A stretch of 64,000 nt of DNA from Alphaproteobacteria bacterium (GTDB lineage: Bacteria > Pseudomonadota > Alphaproteobacteria > Rs-D84). The first letter of the stretch is position 1. Each line of letters starts with the position of its first letter. The DNA is taken from contig JAFRSV010000012.1 of the NCBI GenBank assembly GCA_017427405.1, forward strand, positions 5,103-69,102, in the 5' to 3' direction. The translations under genes and the position numbers were made by a program. The notes under the pieces were generated by a model, which saw nothing but the letters and a program-made list of their open reading frames with translations, did no database searches and was not told where the DNA came from. Of the stretch, positions 25,446-34,328 are shown one piece after another.

Positions 25446-26526
25446 ATTCTTTTGGCATAAGGATGTACATTTCGCCTTGGGAATGTTGGCCGTGCGCGTA
25501 TTTATATGCTTCGTCGCCCTTGCCAAAGAATATATCGGCGCGAACGAAACCACGTATCGCACTGCCGGTGTCTTGGGCAATCATAAGGCGTCTAAATTTT
25601 TGTCCGTCCGAAAGGGTTGTATCAACGTATACGGGCAAACCCAACGTATAGAGCGAATCGTCCATCGCGATACTGCGTATTTTTGAAAGCGGTGTCCCAA
25701 GTTTTCCAATCACATCCGGTGGTACCGATTCATAGAAATATACATACCGCGGATTGTTATAAATTACTTCGCGTGCAAGTTTTGGATTTTTCTTTAAATG
25801 TTTCCAAACCGCGTCTGCGGAATAACCGCCTTCGGGTTTTATGCCACGGTTGCGCAATTGTTCGCCAATCGATTTGAACGGCATGTCGTTTACGGCGGCA
25901 AAGTTTAGTTTTACCATTTTGCCGTCAGGGAGTTTTAACATACCGCTGCCTTGGATTTGTATGTTTTGCACATCGACGATGTTCGCCCAATAAAGAACAC
26001 GGCCAATTTTATCCAGAACGATTTTTTCCTTTGGCACGCCACGAAAGTTTTGACCGTTGGTTGGAACACCCATAAGTGGTTCGTTGCATTCGGCGGTTTT
26101 TGTGCGGCACGCCGGAATTATTGGTGAATAATATCCGGTAAATGTCCCCCGCGTCGTTCCGTTGTCATTATATATTTTATAAGGTTGAAAGTGCGATTCA
26201 AACCATGCGCGCACCGTTTCGGTGTCGGCACTGGCACTGGGCAGCATATTGCATTTTTCTTGGAATAACGCACGGTCGGGTATTACGCGGCCGGTGTATT
26301 GAATTTTTGCCTTGCACGAATTACGAAACGCCTGGAGTGCATATCGCACATCGTCATCCCGCCATCCGGGCAGGTCCGAATAAGACACTTTTTTCAAATT
26401 TTCGGACGGAATCGTCGAATCGTCGCCCGTGTGCGTTGGTGTCGAAACATCGCAAGACGCCAGCACCGCGCCCGCGATAACCAGTAAAATTCCCCTTTTT
26501 ACCAGTTTAATTATGTTTGTTGTCAT
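25423..26526 (-). CDS. mltA: Murein transglycosylase A
   Basis: Signal peptide with a lipobox-like LASC, an MltA domain, and a 3D-domain AQDTGSAIRGFVRADIFFG. Confidence 0.88.
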   Translation of the reverse strand: MTTNIIKLVKRGILLVIAGAVLASCDVSTPTHTGDDSTIPSENLKKVSYSDLPGWRDDDVRYALQAFRNSCKAKIQYTGRVIPDRALFQEKCNMLPSASADTETVRAWFESHFQPYKIYNDNGTTRGTFTGYYSPIIPACRTKTAECNEPLMGVPTNGQNFRGVPKEKIVLDKIGRVLYWANIVDVQNIQIQGSGMLKLPDGKMVKLNFAAVNDMPFKSIGEQLRNRGIKPEGGYSADAVWKHLKKNPKLAREVIYNNPRYVYFYESVPPDVIGKLGTPLSKIRSIAMDDSLYTLGLPVYVDTTLSDGQKFRRLMIAQDTGSAIRGFVRADIFFGKGDEAYKYAHGQHSQGEMYILMPKEYVYVKPK

Positions 26527-26606
26527 TTTTTTAATTCCCCCACTTGTAAAATTCCCCTTGTATGCTATATTATCATAAAACGAGTCATAAAAAAAGGAGC
26601 AATCGC

Positions 26607-27047
26607 ATGGCTAAGTTCAATATTATATCTCAGTTCTTGAAAGACATTTCTTTTGAAAGTCCAAATGTCCCGGATTTATTCTTTAAACAGGATAACGGCC
26701 AGGCGGAATTGGAAATCAATATCGATATGCAGGTCAAAGGTTCGGAAAAAAATCTGTTTATGGTTGATTTGATTACAAAAATTCATTCGAAATTAAAGGC
26801 CGATTCGAAATCTATATTCTTGATAGAGGCGACATATTCCGGCCTGGTGCAGATGGAAGAAGAAAAAGACGAAGAAAAGAAAAAACGTACACTATTGATT
26901 GATGTGCCGACATTGCTGTTCCCGGCGGTGCGCGCATTGGTGACACGCCTTACGGCCGAATCCGGATTCCCACCGTTTGCAATGCAGATGGTTGATTTTG
27001 CAGATTTGTATGAAAAGCGGAATCAAAAGCAAGCCGAAGCAAAATAA
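26607..27047 (+). CDS. secB: Protein-export chaperone SecB
   Basis: FNIISQFLKDISFESPN N-terminus typical of SecB. AAGGAG RBS. Confidence 0.9.
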   Translation: MAKFNIISQFLKDISFESPNVPDLFFKQDNGQAELEINIDMQVKGSEKNLFMVDLITKIHSKLKADSKSIFLIEATYSGLVQMEEEKDEEKKKRTLLIDVPTLLFPAVRALVTRLTAESGFPPFAMQMVDFADLYEKRNQKQAEAK

Positions 27048-27052
27048 GAAAA

Positions 27053-27076
27053 ACGCACCGAACGGTGCGTTTTTTT
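27053..27076 (+). terminator. Rho-independent terminator of secB
   Basis: ACGCACC-gaac-GGTGCGT followed by a T-run. Confidence 0.85.
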
Positions 27077-27097
27077 GTTGGGTTAGTGATTGTTCCA

Positions 27098-27301
27098 GAG
27101 TACAAAGTTCCCCTCCTGTGGGGGGGTGGCGGGTAGCACCCGCCGGGGTGGTCTTTTATAAATTATTCAGAATACCACACCCCGCCCAGTTCCACTGGGC
27201 ACCCCTCTCTAGAGGGGAACTACCACCTCCCGGCGTTCCACGCCGTACCCCTCCACAGGAGGAGAACCAGCACTCTGCGGCCCCGCCGCAAGGGCGGGGC
27301 T
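27098..27301. repeat. Cluster of three family-A units (one inverted, two tandem) plus a GC hairpin
   Basis: Units at 27104..27152 (inverted), 27175..27222 and 27222..27268. GCCCCGCC-gcaa-GGGCGGGGC at 27280..27300. Confidence 0.85.
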
Positions 27302-27368
27302 TAAATAACCACTTTTTGCGATTCGGTTGTTTTTGTGATATATTTATTGGGATAGGGGGAATTGGGTT

Positions 27369-28559
27369 ATGGCCAAAGATAAATATATCTCTATGCGTGA
27401 TTCACTTAGTGGGTTTTCGTTCGCAAATCTTGGTATTTTTACTGGATTTGCCGATGGTATTTATAATGCCGTTTATTCATTGGTTATTTTGGAAATTTTT
27501 ATGAATTCCGCGGTTGTTGGTGTTTATGTTGCGATTTATTCGGTGTTCTGTATGATTGTTGCGTTATTCGCACATGAGATTTTTCGCCAATTTTCCAAGA
27601 CCAAGGTTTTCTATTTCGCACTGCTGATGTTGGTTGTGTGCTATGCGATGATGGGTTTTTCCGTGTTGCCACGAACGTTTATTGTTTTGGATTACACCAG
27701 TGGCTTTGCAATCACGCTTACCGCGATGTTGGTGCCACTGTTTATGTCAGATTTTTCGCGTGATGTTGGTATGGCGCGGCTAAATTCGCGGTATCATTTG
27801 TGGATGAATATTGGTGCGCTGTTTGCGCCGATGTTGGCGGTGATTGTTGCAACCCGATTCGGTAATCGGTCGGCGTTCTTTTTGTCATCGGCAATTTATT
27901 TGGGGGCGTGGGTGTTTTTTAGGTATTTTCATTTAACCCAAGAAGACAAAGTTATAAAACCCGTTAGCCCGCGGCGGACGGTGCGTGCGCTTTGGCGTAA
28001 TACAGTTGAATTTTTCAAGACGCCCGGAATGACACGTGCCTATATTGTGAATTTTGGTTATTATTCGTTGCGGGCGATGCGGTTTTTGTATGTTCCGATT
28101 GTGGTGATTGAATCAGGCTTTACCAAGGATACATTGGGTTTGGTTTTAAGTATCGGGATTGTGCCGTATTTGATTTTATCCGAAATTATGGGGCGTTTGG
28201 TGCGAAAATTTGGAAAAAGTATATGGTTGGTTTTGGGTTTCGGTTCGTTTGCGGCGTTTTCGGTATGGGCGACATTTGCGACCGGTTTTCCACTGCTTGC
28301 CATATTTGTGTTGTGGCAGATTTCCGGCGCCCTGATGGAACCGGTGCATGATTTGTTATTCTTTGATGGAACAAAGCAGGCGCAACAGACAAAGTTTTAT
28401 GGTGTGTTTCGCACAAGTTGCAATTTGCCAAGTGTGATTGCACCCGGTATTGGCGCAGCATGCATCGCGGCGTTCGGAACAACCGCGGCGGTGTGGTGGG
28501 TGACGGCCATAATAGGCGTGATTTCGATTGCGGTATTGATGGTAAGAAAAAGAGTGTAA
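27369..28559 (+). CDS. MFS transporter
   Basis: 396 aa, about 12 hydrophobic segments, two-halves architecture. Confidence 0.8.
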   Translation: MAKDKYISMRDSLSGFSFANLGIFTGFADGIYNAVYSLVILEIFMNSAVVGVYVAIYSVFCMIVALFAHEIFRQFSKTKVFYFALLMLVVCYAMMGFSVLPRTFIVLDYTSGFAITLTAMLVPLFMSDFSRDVGMARLNSRYHLWMNIGALFAPMLAVIVATRFGNRSAFFLSSAIYLGAWVFFRYFHLTQEDKVIKPVSPRRTVRALWRNTVEFFKTPGMTRAYIVNFGYYSLRAMRFLYVPIVVIESGFTKDTLGLVLSIGIVPYLILSEIMGRLVRKFGKSIWLVLGFGSFAAFSVWATFATGFPLLAIFVLWQISGALMEPVHDLLFFDGTKQAQQTKFYGVFRTSCNLPSVIAPGIGAACIAAFGTTAAVWWVTAIIGVISIAVLMVRKRV

Positions 28560-28561
28560 TT

Positions 28562-28643
28562 GTTAGTGGCTGGTGGTTATCCGTCACCGCTGGTGCGGTG
28601 CCGAGACTGCGCCGGGGCTTTGCCCCGGCTTGGTGTTTGTGCG
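28562..28643. repeat. Post-stop element (stop-rich head plus two hairpins), left direct repeat of the 1.3-kb cassette
   Basis: gttagtggctggtggttatccgtcaccgctggtgcggtgccgagactgcgccggggctttgccccggcttggtgtttgtgcg. The 43-nt core 28595..28637 is identical to 29915..29957. Confidence 0.9.
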
Positions 28644-28709
28644 TCTGGTCGCGACGGAGCGGTAGCGAAGACGGATGCGCCCGTTTTTTGTTGCCGATAC
28701 TTTTTTCGC

Positions 28710-28948
28710 TTGTTTTTTATACCCATGTTTTGATAAAATATTTATATCGGTGGGTGTTCCATCGATGGGGTGTCAAGACCCGTGGTTCCGGATGTCCGTG
28801 GGGACAAAAAACACCTCCAACCCAGGGTGGTTGGAGGGCGGTGAATATAAAGAATAAACCCACTATTTTCTCGGAACATAGTCTTGAACCTCCAACCACT
28901 TGAAGTGAATTCGGTGGTTTTTTGTTACATAAAAAAGGAGGAAAATAT
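28710..28948 (+). promoter_or_regulatory. Structured leader copy 2: promoter, 5' hairpin, uORF, three-strand switch, terminator
   Basis: TTGTTT, 18 nt, TAAAAT (28710..28739). Hairpin TCGGT/ATCGA at 28747..28765. uORF 28765..28857. Strand 1 CCTCCAACC 28814..28822, strand 2 GGTTGGAGG 28829..28837, strand 3 CCTCCAACCAC 28889..28899. Terminator AACCAC...GTGGTT plus T-run to 28923. RBS AAGGAGG. Confidence 0.7.
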
Positions 28949-29878
28949 ATGAAAAAATTTATCGCGTTATCTGTATTTGCAACATTGTTTACAATGCCGT
29001 CATTTGCGGAATCAACGGAATTGGACAAGAAAACCGTGGCATCTAAGGCATATGTCGATACAAAACAAGATAAAATCGAAACCGGGTTGGTGGAACTTAA
29101 TGGGATTATGTTGCCGGCGATTACGACATATGATTCTACAAGTGGACTTGTTGGTAATAAGATAGGTATTTTGGATCAGGAAACAATTGTAAATGATGAA
29201 TTCAGCTTACGTAATTACGGTTCTGATGGTGGCTATAGTTCCGAAATGGATAATTATGTTCCAACCGTTCGTGCCGTGGTAGAAGGATTGGGGGGCAAAC
29301 AAGACATCCTTCCGGGGGCATGGACAGATACAATAAGTGTTTACGCGATGGCCTCTACCGGTGGGCAAACGATTGATTTGACCGCGACCGCGGGGGAAGT
29401 TGACCCACGTTATATCACTGCGGGTGGGTCGCAACCACTTACCAAAAAATCCGGGGCGGATAATGTTATATTGTATATCAATGGAACAAAAACATTGGCG
29501 CAGTATCAAACATCAAACTTTGGTGGAACCGGTGAGGACGCAACCGTAGGTCAAAAATATATCAAGGGTGCGTTGGTGTCGTTGGAACTGCTGAAAGATG
29601 TGTACAGTGCGTTGCATAATGAAATTCAAAATGCAACCCCAACCGGCACGCCGAACACACTTGCAAATTATGGTGCAAATGGCGCGCTGGGCAATGGGGT
29701 TGCGACCGCAAATGCGCCAACGCATAATGCGACAACCGGCGAATTGGAAAACGGCGCAAATATCGCAACCATTGCCGCCGTCGACACCCGCCAGAAAAAA
29801 CGCACCTGTGCCGGGTATGAAACCGGGCATGAAAATGATCCGGATTATTGTTGGCTTTGGGATTTTCCAGATGATTGA
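28949..29878 (+). CDS. Secreted protein paralog 2 (unknown function)
   Basis: Signal peptide MKKFIALSVFATLFTMPSFA. The N-terminal ~100 aa and the C-terminal CAG...CWLW are shared with the 22997 gene. The central ~180 aa are unrelated. Confidence 0.75.
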   Translation: MKKFIALSVFATLFTMPSFAESTELDKKTVASKAYVDTKQDKIETGLVELNGIMLPAITTYDSTSGLVGNKIGILDQETIVNDEFSLRNYGSDGGYSSEMDNYVPTVRAVVEGLGGKQDILPGAWTDTISVYAMASTGGQTIDLTATAGEVDPRYITAGGSQPLTKKSGADNVILYINGTKTLAQYQTSNFGGTGEDATVGQKYIKGALVSLELLKDVYSALHNEIQNATPTGTPNTLANYGANGALGNGVATANAPTHNATTGELENGANIATIAAVDTRQKKRTCAGYETGHENDPDYCWLWDFPDD

Positions 29879-29889
29879 TGAAAATTAGT

Positions 29890-29963
29890 GTTAGTGGTTA
29901 TCCGTCACCGCACGGCGGTGCCGAGACTGCGCCGGGGCTTTGCCCCGGCTTGGTGTTGGTGCG
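29890..29963. repeat. Post-stop element, right direct repeat of the cassette
   Basis: gttagtggttatccgtcaccgcacggcggtgccgagactgcgccggggctttgccccggcttggtgttggtgcg. The period to the left copy is 1320 nt. Confidence 0.9.
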
Positions 29964-29973
29964 GAACAAATAT

Positions 29974-30083
29974 ACCCCCCCCGGCGGTTCCGTTGGCACC
30001 CCCTTTACACAGTGAAGGAAACTACCCCACCACGTCACCGCACGGCGGTGCCGCGGTCCCCCCCTTCACAAAGTGAAGGGGAA
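29974..30083. repeat. Two tandem family-A units
   Basis: ccggcggttccgttggcaccccctttacacagtgaaggaaac and ccgcacggcggtgccgcggtcccccccttcacaaagtgaaggggaat. Confidence 0.8.
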
Positions 30084-30151
30084 TAAAAAAAATAAATTGC
30101 ATAGTGTTTTTTTTGCGGTATCATACGGGGCGTATAGCAAAGGAAGTTATT

Positions 30152-31225
30152 ATGGCAAAGAAAGAAACGGCGGCGGCCACGACGGGCGCGAAAAATCCGG
30201 CACTTGAATCGGCACTTGCACAAATTCAAAAGCAATTCGGCAAAGAAGCAATTATGAAAATGGGCGATGGTTCCCAACAGAATATAGAGGCGATTTCTTC
30301 GGGGTCATTGGGCCTTGATATCGCGCTTGGGATTGGTGGTTATCCGCGTGGACGAATCGTTGAAATCTATGGCCCTGAAAGCAGTGGTAAAACAACGCTT
30401 GCCCTGCATGCGGTGGCCGAGGCGCAAAAGAAAGGCGGCACGTGCGCATATATCGATGCGGAAAATGCGCTGGACCCAAGTTATGCGAAAAAATTGGGCG
30501 TTGATGTTGCGAACCTTATTATATCGCAACCTGATTCAGGGGAACAAGCGTTGGAAATTGCGGATACGCTTATTAAATCTGGCGCGGTTGATGTTGTCGT
30601 TATCGATTCGGTTGCGGCGTTGGTGCCCAAGGCGGAATTAGAGGGCAATATCGGCGACAGTTTTGTTGGAACGACCGCGCGTTTGATGAGTCAATCGCTG
30701 AAAAAACTTGCGGGGTCTGTGTCGCGCAGTAATACTTTGCTTATCTTTATCAATCAGATTCGTATGAAGATTGGTGTTATGTTCGGAAATCCAGAGACAA
30801 CCAGTGGTGGTAATGCGCTGAAATTCTATGCTTCGGTGCGACTTGATATTCGGCGCACGGGCGCAATCAAAGACAAGGAAAATGTCATCGGAAACGAAAC
30901 GCGGGTCAAGGTTGTGAAAAATAAAGTCGCGCCACCTTTCCGGACGGTTGATTTCAAAATTATGTATGGCGAGGGGATTTCGCGCATAAGTGAAATCTTG
31001 GATATGGGTGTGAAGTATGACTTTATCGACAAGGCGGGCAGTTTCTATTCGTACAACAATGAACGCATAGGTCAGGGTGAGGCGAACGCGCGTCAGTGGT
31101 TAAAGGACCACCCAGAGGCGCAACAAGAATTACTTGATAAAATTATGGCGCGTGCGGGTGGTATTGCCGAAGAAATGACGACCGGTCCGTCGGACGATGC
31201 GGACGAAAGTGTGATGGAAGAATAA
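30152..31225 (+). CDS. recA: Recombinase RecA
   Basis: GPESSGKTT Walker [11 protein letters not shown], and a full-length RecA pattern. Confidence 0.97.
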   Translation: MAKKETAAATTGAKNPALESALAQIQKQFGKEAIMKMGDGSQQNIEAISSGSLGLDIALGIGGYPRGRIVEIYGPESSGKTTLALHAVAEAQKKGGTCAYIDAENALDPSYAKKLGVDVANLIISQPDSGEQALEIADTLIKSGAVDVVVIDSVAALVPKAELEGNIGDSFVGTTARLMSQSLKKLAGSVSRSNTLLIFINQIRMKIGVMFGNPETTSGGNALKFYASVRLDIRRTGAIKDKENVIGNETRVKVVKNKVAPPFRTVDFKIMYGEGISRISEILDMGVKYDFIDKAGSFYSYNNERIGQGEANARQWLKDHPEAQQELLDKIMARAGGIAEEMTTGPSDDADESVMEE

Positions 31226-31230
31226 CTTGT

Positions 31231-31258
31231 TCGGGCGGCGTTTGTCGCCCGATGCTTT
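31231..31258 (+). terminator. Probable terminator of recA
   Basis: TCGGGCG-gcgtttgt-CGCCCGA followed by a T-rich tract (tgcttt). Confidence 0.55.
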
Positions 31259-31276
31259 AATCAAAAGGGGGTGGGT

Positions 31277-32164
31277 ATGAATATAGCAAAGATGTGGGCT
31301 TTGGCACAAATTGTTGTACGTGCGCATATCTTGAATTGGATATGGCGGCCGCGCGCGGTACGCAGTGCGGTTAGGTGTGATGTTTTTTCTGATGTTGCAG
31401 TGCGTTATTTTAAACGCTATTTGCCGGCCGTGAATTCTGTAGAGGAAATGCCGATTATAAAAAATGACGATAATGAAAAAATTTTTACAATGTGGCAACA
31501 GGGTGAAAAATCTGCGCCCCCGTTGATTCAGGCATGCTTTCGCAGTATTCGTCGTCACTGTAAACAGGAATTGATTGTGTTGGATGATAATAATTTTGAA
31601 CGATATGTAAATTTGCCACGGGAAATAGTTGAAAAATATCGGGCCGGTAAAATAAGACGTGCACATTTTGCGGATATTGTTCGTGTTGAATTGCTGTATG
31701 AACATGGTGGAATATGGTTGGATTCAACCGCGTTTGTGACCGCGCCAATACCACAATGGATTATCGATTTGGATTTCTTTGTTTATATGGTTGGTAATGT
31801 TGGGCAAAAGTATTCTTATATGCAAAACTGTTTCATTCGTGCGCGCAAAGGTGCGTATTTGTTGGCGGCATGGAGGGCGATGATAATTGATTATTGGATG
31901 CATGAAAATCATTGCTTTGATTATTTTATGCATCAGTTGTTATTTAAAACTTTGGTTGAAAATGATGAAAGGGCGAAGAAATACTTTGCAAATATGCCAC
32001 ATGTTGACCAAGATCCAACACATGCGTTATGGCATGCATATAAACATAAACCATATGATGAAAAGTTGTTTGAACAATTGACGGCGGGTGCGTTTTTTCA
32101 AAAATGCGCCTATGCCGATGCGCCATTGCCGGGGACATTTGCAGAGGCAATATGTAAAATGTAA
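31277..32164 (+). CDS. Capsular polysaccharide synthesis (Caps_synth-type) glycosyltransferase
   Basis: IFTMWQQGEKSAPPLIQACFRSIRRH...RRAHFADIVRVELLYEHGGIWLDSTAF resembles the Caps_synth/Gly_transf_sug family. Confidence 0.65.
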   Translation: MNIAKMWALAQIVVRAHILNWIWRPRAVRSAVRCDVFSDVAVRYFKRYLPAVNSVEEMPIIKNDDNEKIFTMWQQGEKSAPPLIQACFRSIRRHCKQELIVLDDNNFERYVNLPREIVEKYRAGKIRRAHFADIVRVELLYEHGGIWLDSTAFVTAPIPQWIIDLDFFVYMVGNVGQKYSYMQNCFIRARKGAYLLAAWRAMIIDYWMHENHCFDYFMHQLLFKTLVENDERAKKYFANMPHVDQDPTHALWHAYKHKPYDEKLFEQLTAGAFFQKCAYADAPLPGTFAEAICKM

Positions 32165-32176
32165 AAAGGTAAGGAT

Positions 32177-33193
32177 ATGCAACCCAAAATATCAATAATT
32201 ATTCCAATGTATAATGTTGAAAAATACCTGCGGCGGTGTTTGGACAGTGTGCAAAATCAAACTTTTGCCGAATGGCAGGCGATTTGTGTCGATGATGGTT
32301 CGCCGGATAATTCGGGGCAAATTGCCGAAGAATACGCGGCACGTGATAATCGGTTTGTTGTGGTGCACAAAGAAAATGGCGGTTTGTCTGATGCGCGTAA
32401 TGCCGGTATGCCGTATGCAACTGGTGAATACATTATGTATTTGGACAGTGATGATTTTATTCATCCACAAACAATGGAAATTGCGTATGCCGTGGCCTGG
32501 CGTGATAAGGCGGATATTGTTGCATATACATATGACCGGTTTTATCGTCCGCAATTGATGGTGTATCATAAGTTGGGTTTGAATACTGATAATGTTCGGC
32601 CATTGGGGATTAGAAAAAAATACAATGTTGAAAAAGTAAAATCGCGTGTGACGGATGATGTTTTTGAATACGCAACCGAACGTGCGCACAATATGTTGAA
32701 TAAAAAACGCAAGTGGCTAATTAAACATTGTCAGGTTTGGAAAAATATGTATCGGCGGGAACTTGTTGCGGATACGCCTTTTATCAAGGGGATTTTATTT
32801 GAAGATTTTCCGTGGTGGAGTATCGTTATGTTAAAAAATCCACGCGTATCGATTATAAATTTACCTTTGTATTACTATATACCAAACTTTGGCGGAATTG
32901 TGTTGTCGGCAAAACAATTGCGGATTATGCAATCACTATGTACGGGAATTTCCCACGCATACAGCGTTTATAAAAAATCAGCAACCGATTACCAGATGAA
33001 AAAATGGCAAGAACAATTTATGTGGTATTTTGTAAATTGGGCCTTTCGAAAAATAAAATATCTAAAGTCAGATGAAGAAATAAAAGTTGCCCGCGAAACA
33101 TTTGGTGGGTTGAAAAGTATTGGGTTGTTTGATAATGTTCCAAATGAATGGTATGAACTAAGAAATAAAATATATAAATTCATTGGTAATTGA
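32177..33193 (+). CDS. Family 2 glycosyltransferase
   Basis: ISIIIPMYNVEKYL, VDDGSPDNS and LDSDD motifs. Confidence 0.85.
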   Translation: MQPKISIIIPMYNVEKYLRRCLDSVQNQTFAEWQAICVDDGSPDNSGQIAEEYAARDNRFVVVHKENGGLSDARNAGMPYATGEYIMYLDSDDFIHPQTMEIAYAVAWRDKADIVAYTYDRFYRPQLMVYHKLGLNTDNVRPLGIRKKYNVEKVKSRVTDDVFEYATERAHNMLNKKRKWLIKHCQVWKNMYRRELVADTPFIKGILFEDFPWWSIVMLKNPRVSIINLPLYYYIPNFGGIVLSAKQLRIMQSLCTGISHAYSVYKKSATDYQMKKWQEQFMWYFVNWAFRKIKYLKSDEEIKVARETFGGLKSIGLFDNVPNEWYELRNKIYKFIGN

Positions 33194-33194
33194 T

Positions 33195-34328
33195 ATGAAA
33201 AAAATAAATATAGCATTTTGTTTGCGTGATATGCAGATAGGTGGTGTAGAATCCGTTCTAATTCGTACGTTAAACGCGTTGTTGAACCAGCAAGATGTTG
33301 TTATTCATGTGATTACATATGTTGATATACACGAAGATGTATATAAAAGATATTTTGCCGAACATCCTGAAATAAAATTGTGTTCTTTGTATCCTTGTCA
33401 ATGGCTTGGGACAAAATTGCCACATTTTTTTCTTTGGCGTTTGTTTATGCATTTTGTACGTGATATTTATCGTTCATGTAAACGTTTTTTTGTGATGAAA
33501 AAATTGAAAGATATTGATGTTTTTATCGATTATCATGATATGGATTTTGTGGGTGAGTTAAAAAAAATTAAATCCGCCAAGAAAATAGCCTGGTTTCATT
33601 CTTCGTTGGGGGTTTTTATTAAACAAAAATTTGTAAACCGATTAAAATTTTATGATAAACTTGTCGTATTGACCGATGGATGTGCAAACGATTTGATGAC
33701 ACTGTGTCCGCAGTATAGTAGTAAAATTATAAGAATTTATAATCCGATAGATGTTGATAATATCAAAAGTGTCGCAGATAAAAAGCCTGTGTTGAAAGGA
33801 CGTTATTTTTGTTCGGTTTCAAGGTTATCAGGTGATAAAGATATAAAAACATTATTAAATGCATTTGATTTGTTTTGGCAAAAAAATAAAGGGCCCGATG
33901 TCAAATTGGTGTTAGTGGGTGATGGAAACAAAGCAGATGAGTATAAAAAATATGCACATTCTTTGAAATCATATGAACACATTATGTTTGTTGGAATGCA
34001 AAATAATCCGTTTGTCTATATGCGACATGCGCTTGCAAACATATTGTCAAGTTATGGTGAAGGTTTTGCGTTGGTGCTGGTTGAGGCGGCGGCTGTTGGA
34101 ACATTGAACATCGCGTCAAATTGTAAATATGGACCAAAAGAGATTTTATTAAATGGGCGTTCAGGTATGCTTTTTGAACCCGGGAATTATTTGCAATTGG
34201 CAAAATGTATGGATGATGTTTATAATAAAAAGGTTGATGTGCCGGCCATGATTAAGGAAATGGATGCATCATTAAATCGATTTGAAACAAAAACAATTAT
34301 CAAAGAAATTAAATCGTTGTTTTTGTAA
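33195..34328 (+). CDS. GT-B (family 4-like) glycosyltransferase
   Basis: C-terminal SYGEGFALVLVEAAAVG (E-x7-E) motif. Confidence 0.8.
   Translation: MKKINIAFCLRDMQIGGVESVLIRTLNALLNQQDVVIHVITYVDIHEDVYKRYFAEHPEIKLCSLYPCQWLGTKLPHFFLWRLFMHFVRDIYRSCKRFFVMKKLKDIDVFIDYHDMDFVGELKKIKSAKKIAWFHSSLGVFIKQKFVNRLKFYDKLVVLTDGCANDLMTLCPQYSSKIIRIYNPIDVDNIKSVADKKPVLKGRYFCSVSRLSGDKDIKTLLNAFDLFWQKNKGPDVKLVLVGDGNKADEYKKYAHSLKSYEHIMFVGMQNNPFVYMRHALANILSSYGEGFALVLVEAAAVGTLNIASNCKYGPKEILLNGRSGMLFEPGNYLQLAKCMDDVYNKKVDVPAMIKEMDASLNRFETKTIIKEIKSLFL

Noticed and set aside
28747-28770. Fluoride (crcB) or guanidine-II (mini-ykkC) riboswitch in the conserved 5' block ggtgggtgttcc / ggtaacgaccc
   Set aside because: There is only partial resemblance to GGCGAUGGnGUUCGCC. 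There is no downstream CUGAUGAU element. The ACGR loop is present in copy 3 only, not in copy 2.
1826-30083. Repeat clusters as a possible CRISPR array
   Set aside because: The units are hairpin palindromes of variable length and orientation, with no regular repeat-spacer periodicity. No cas genes are present.
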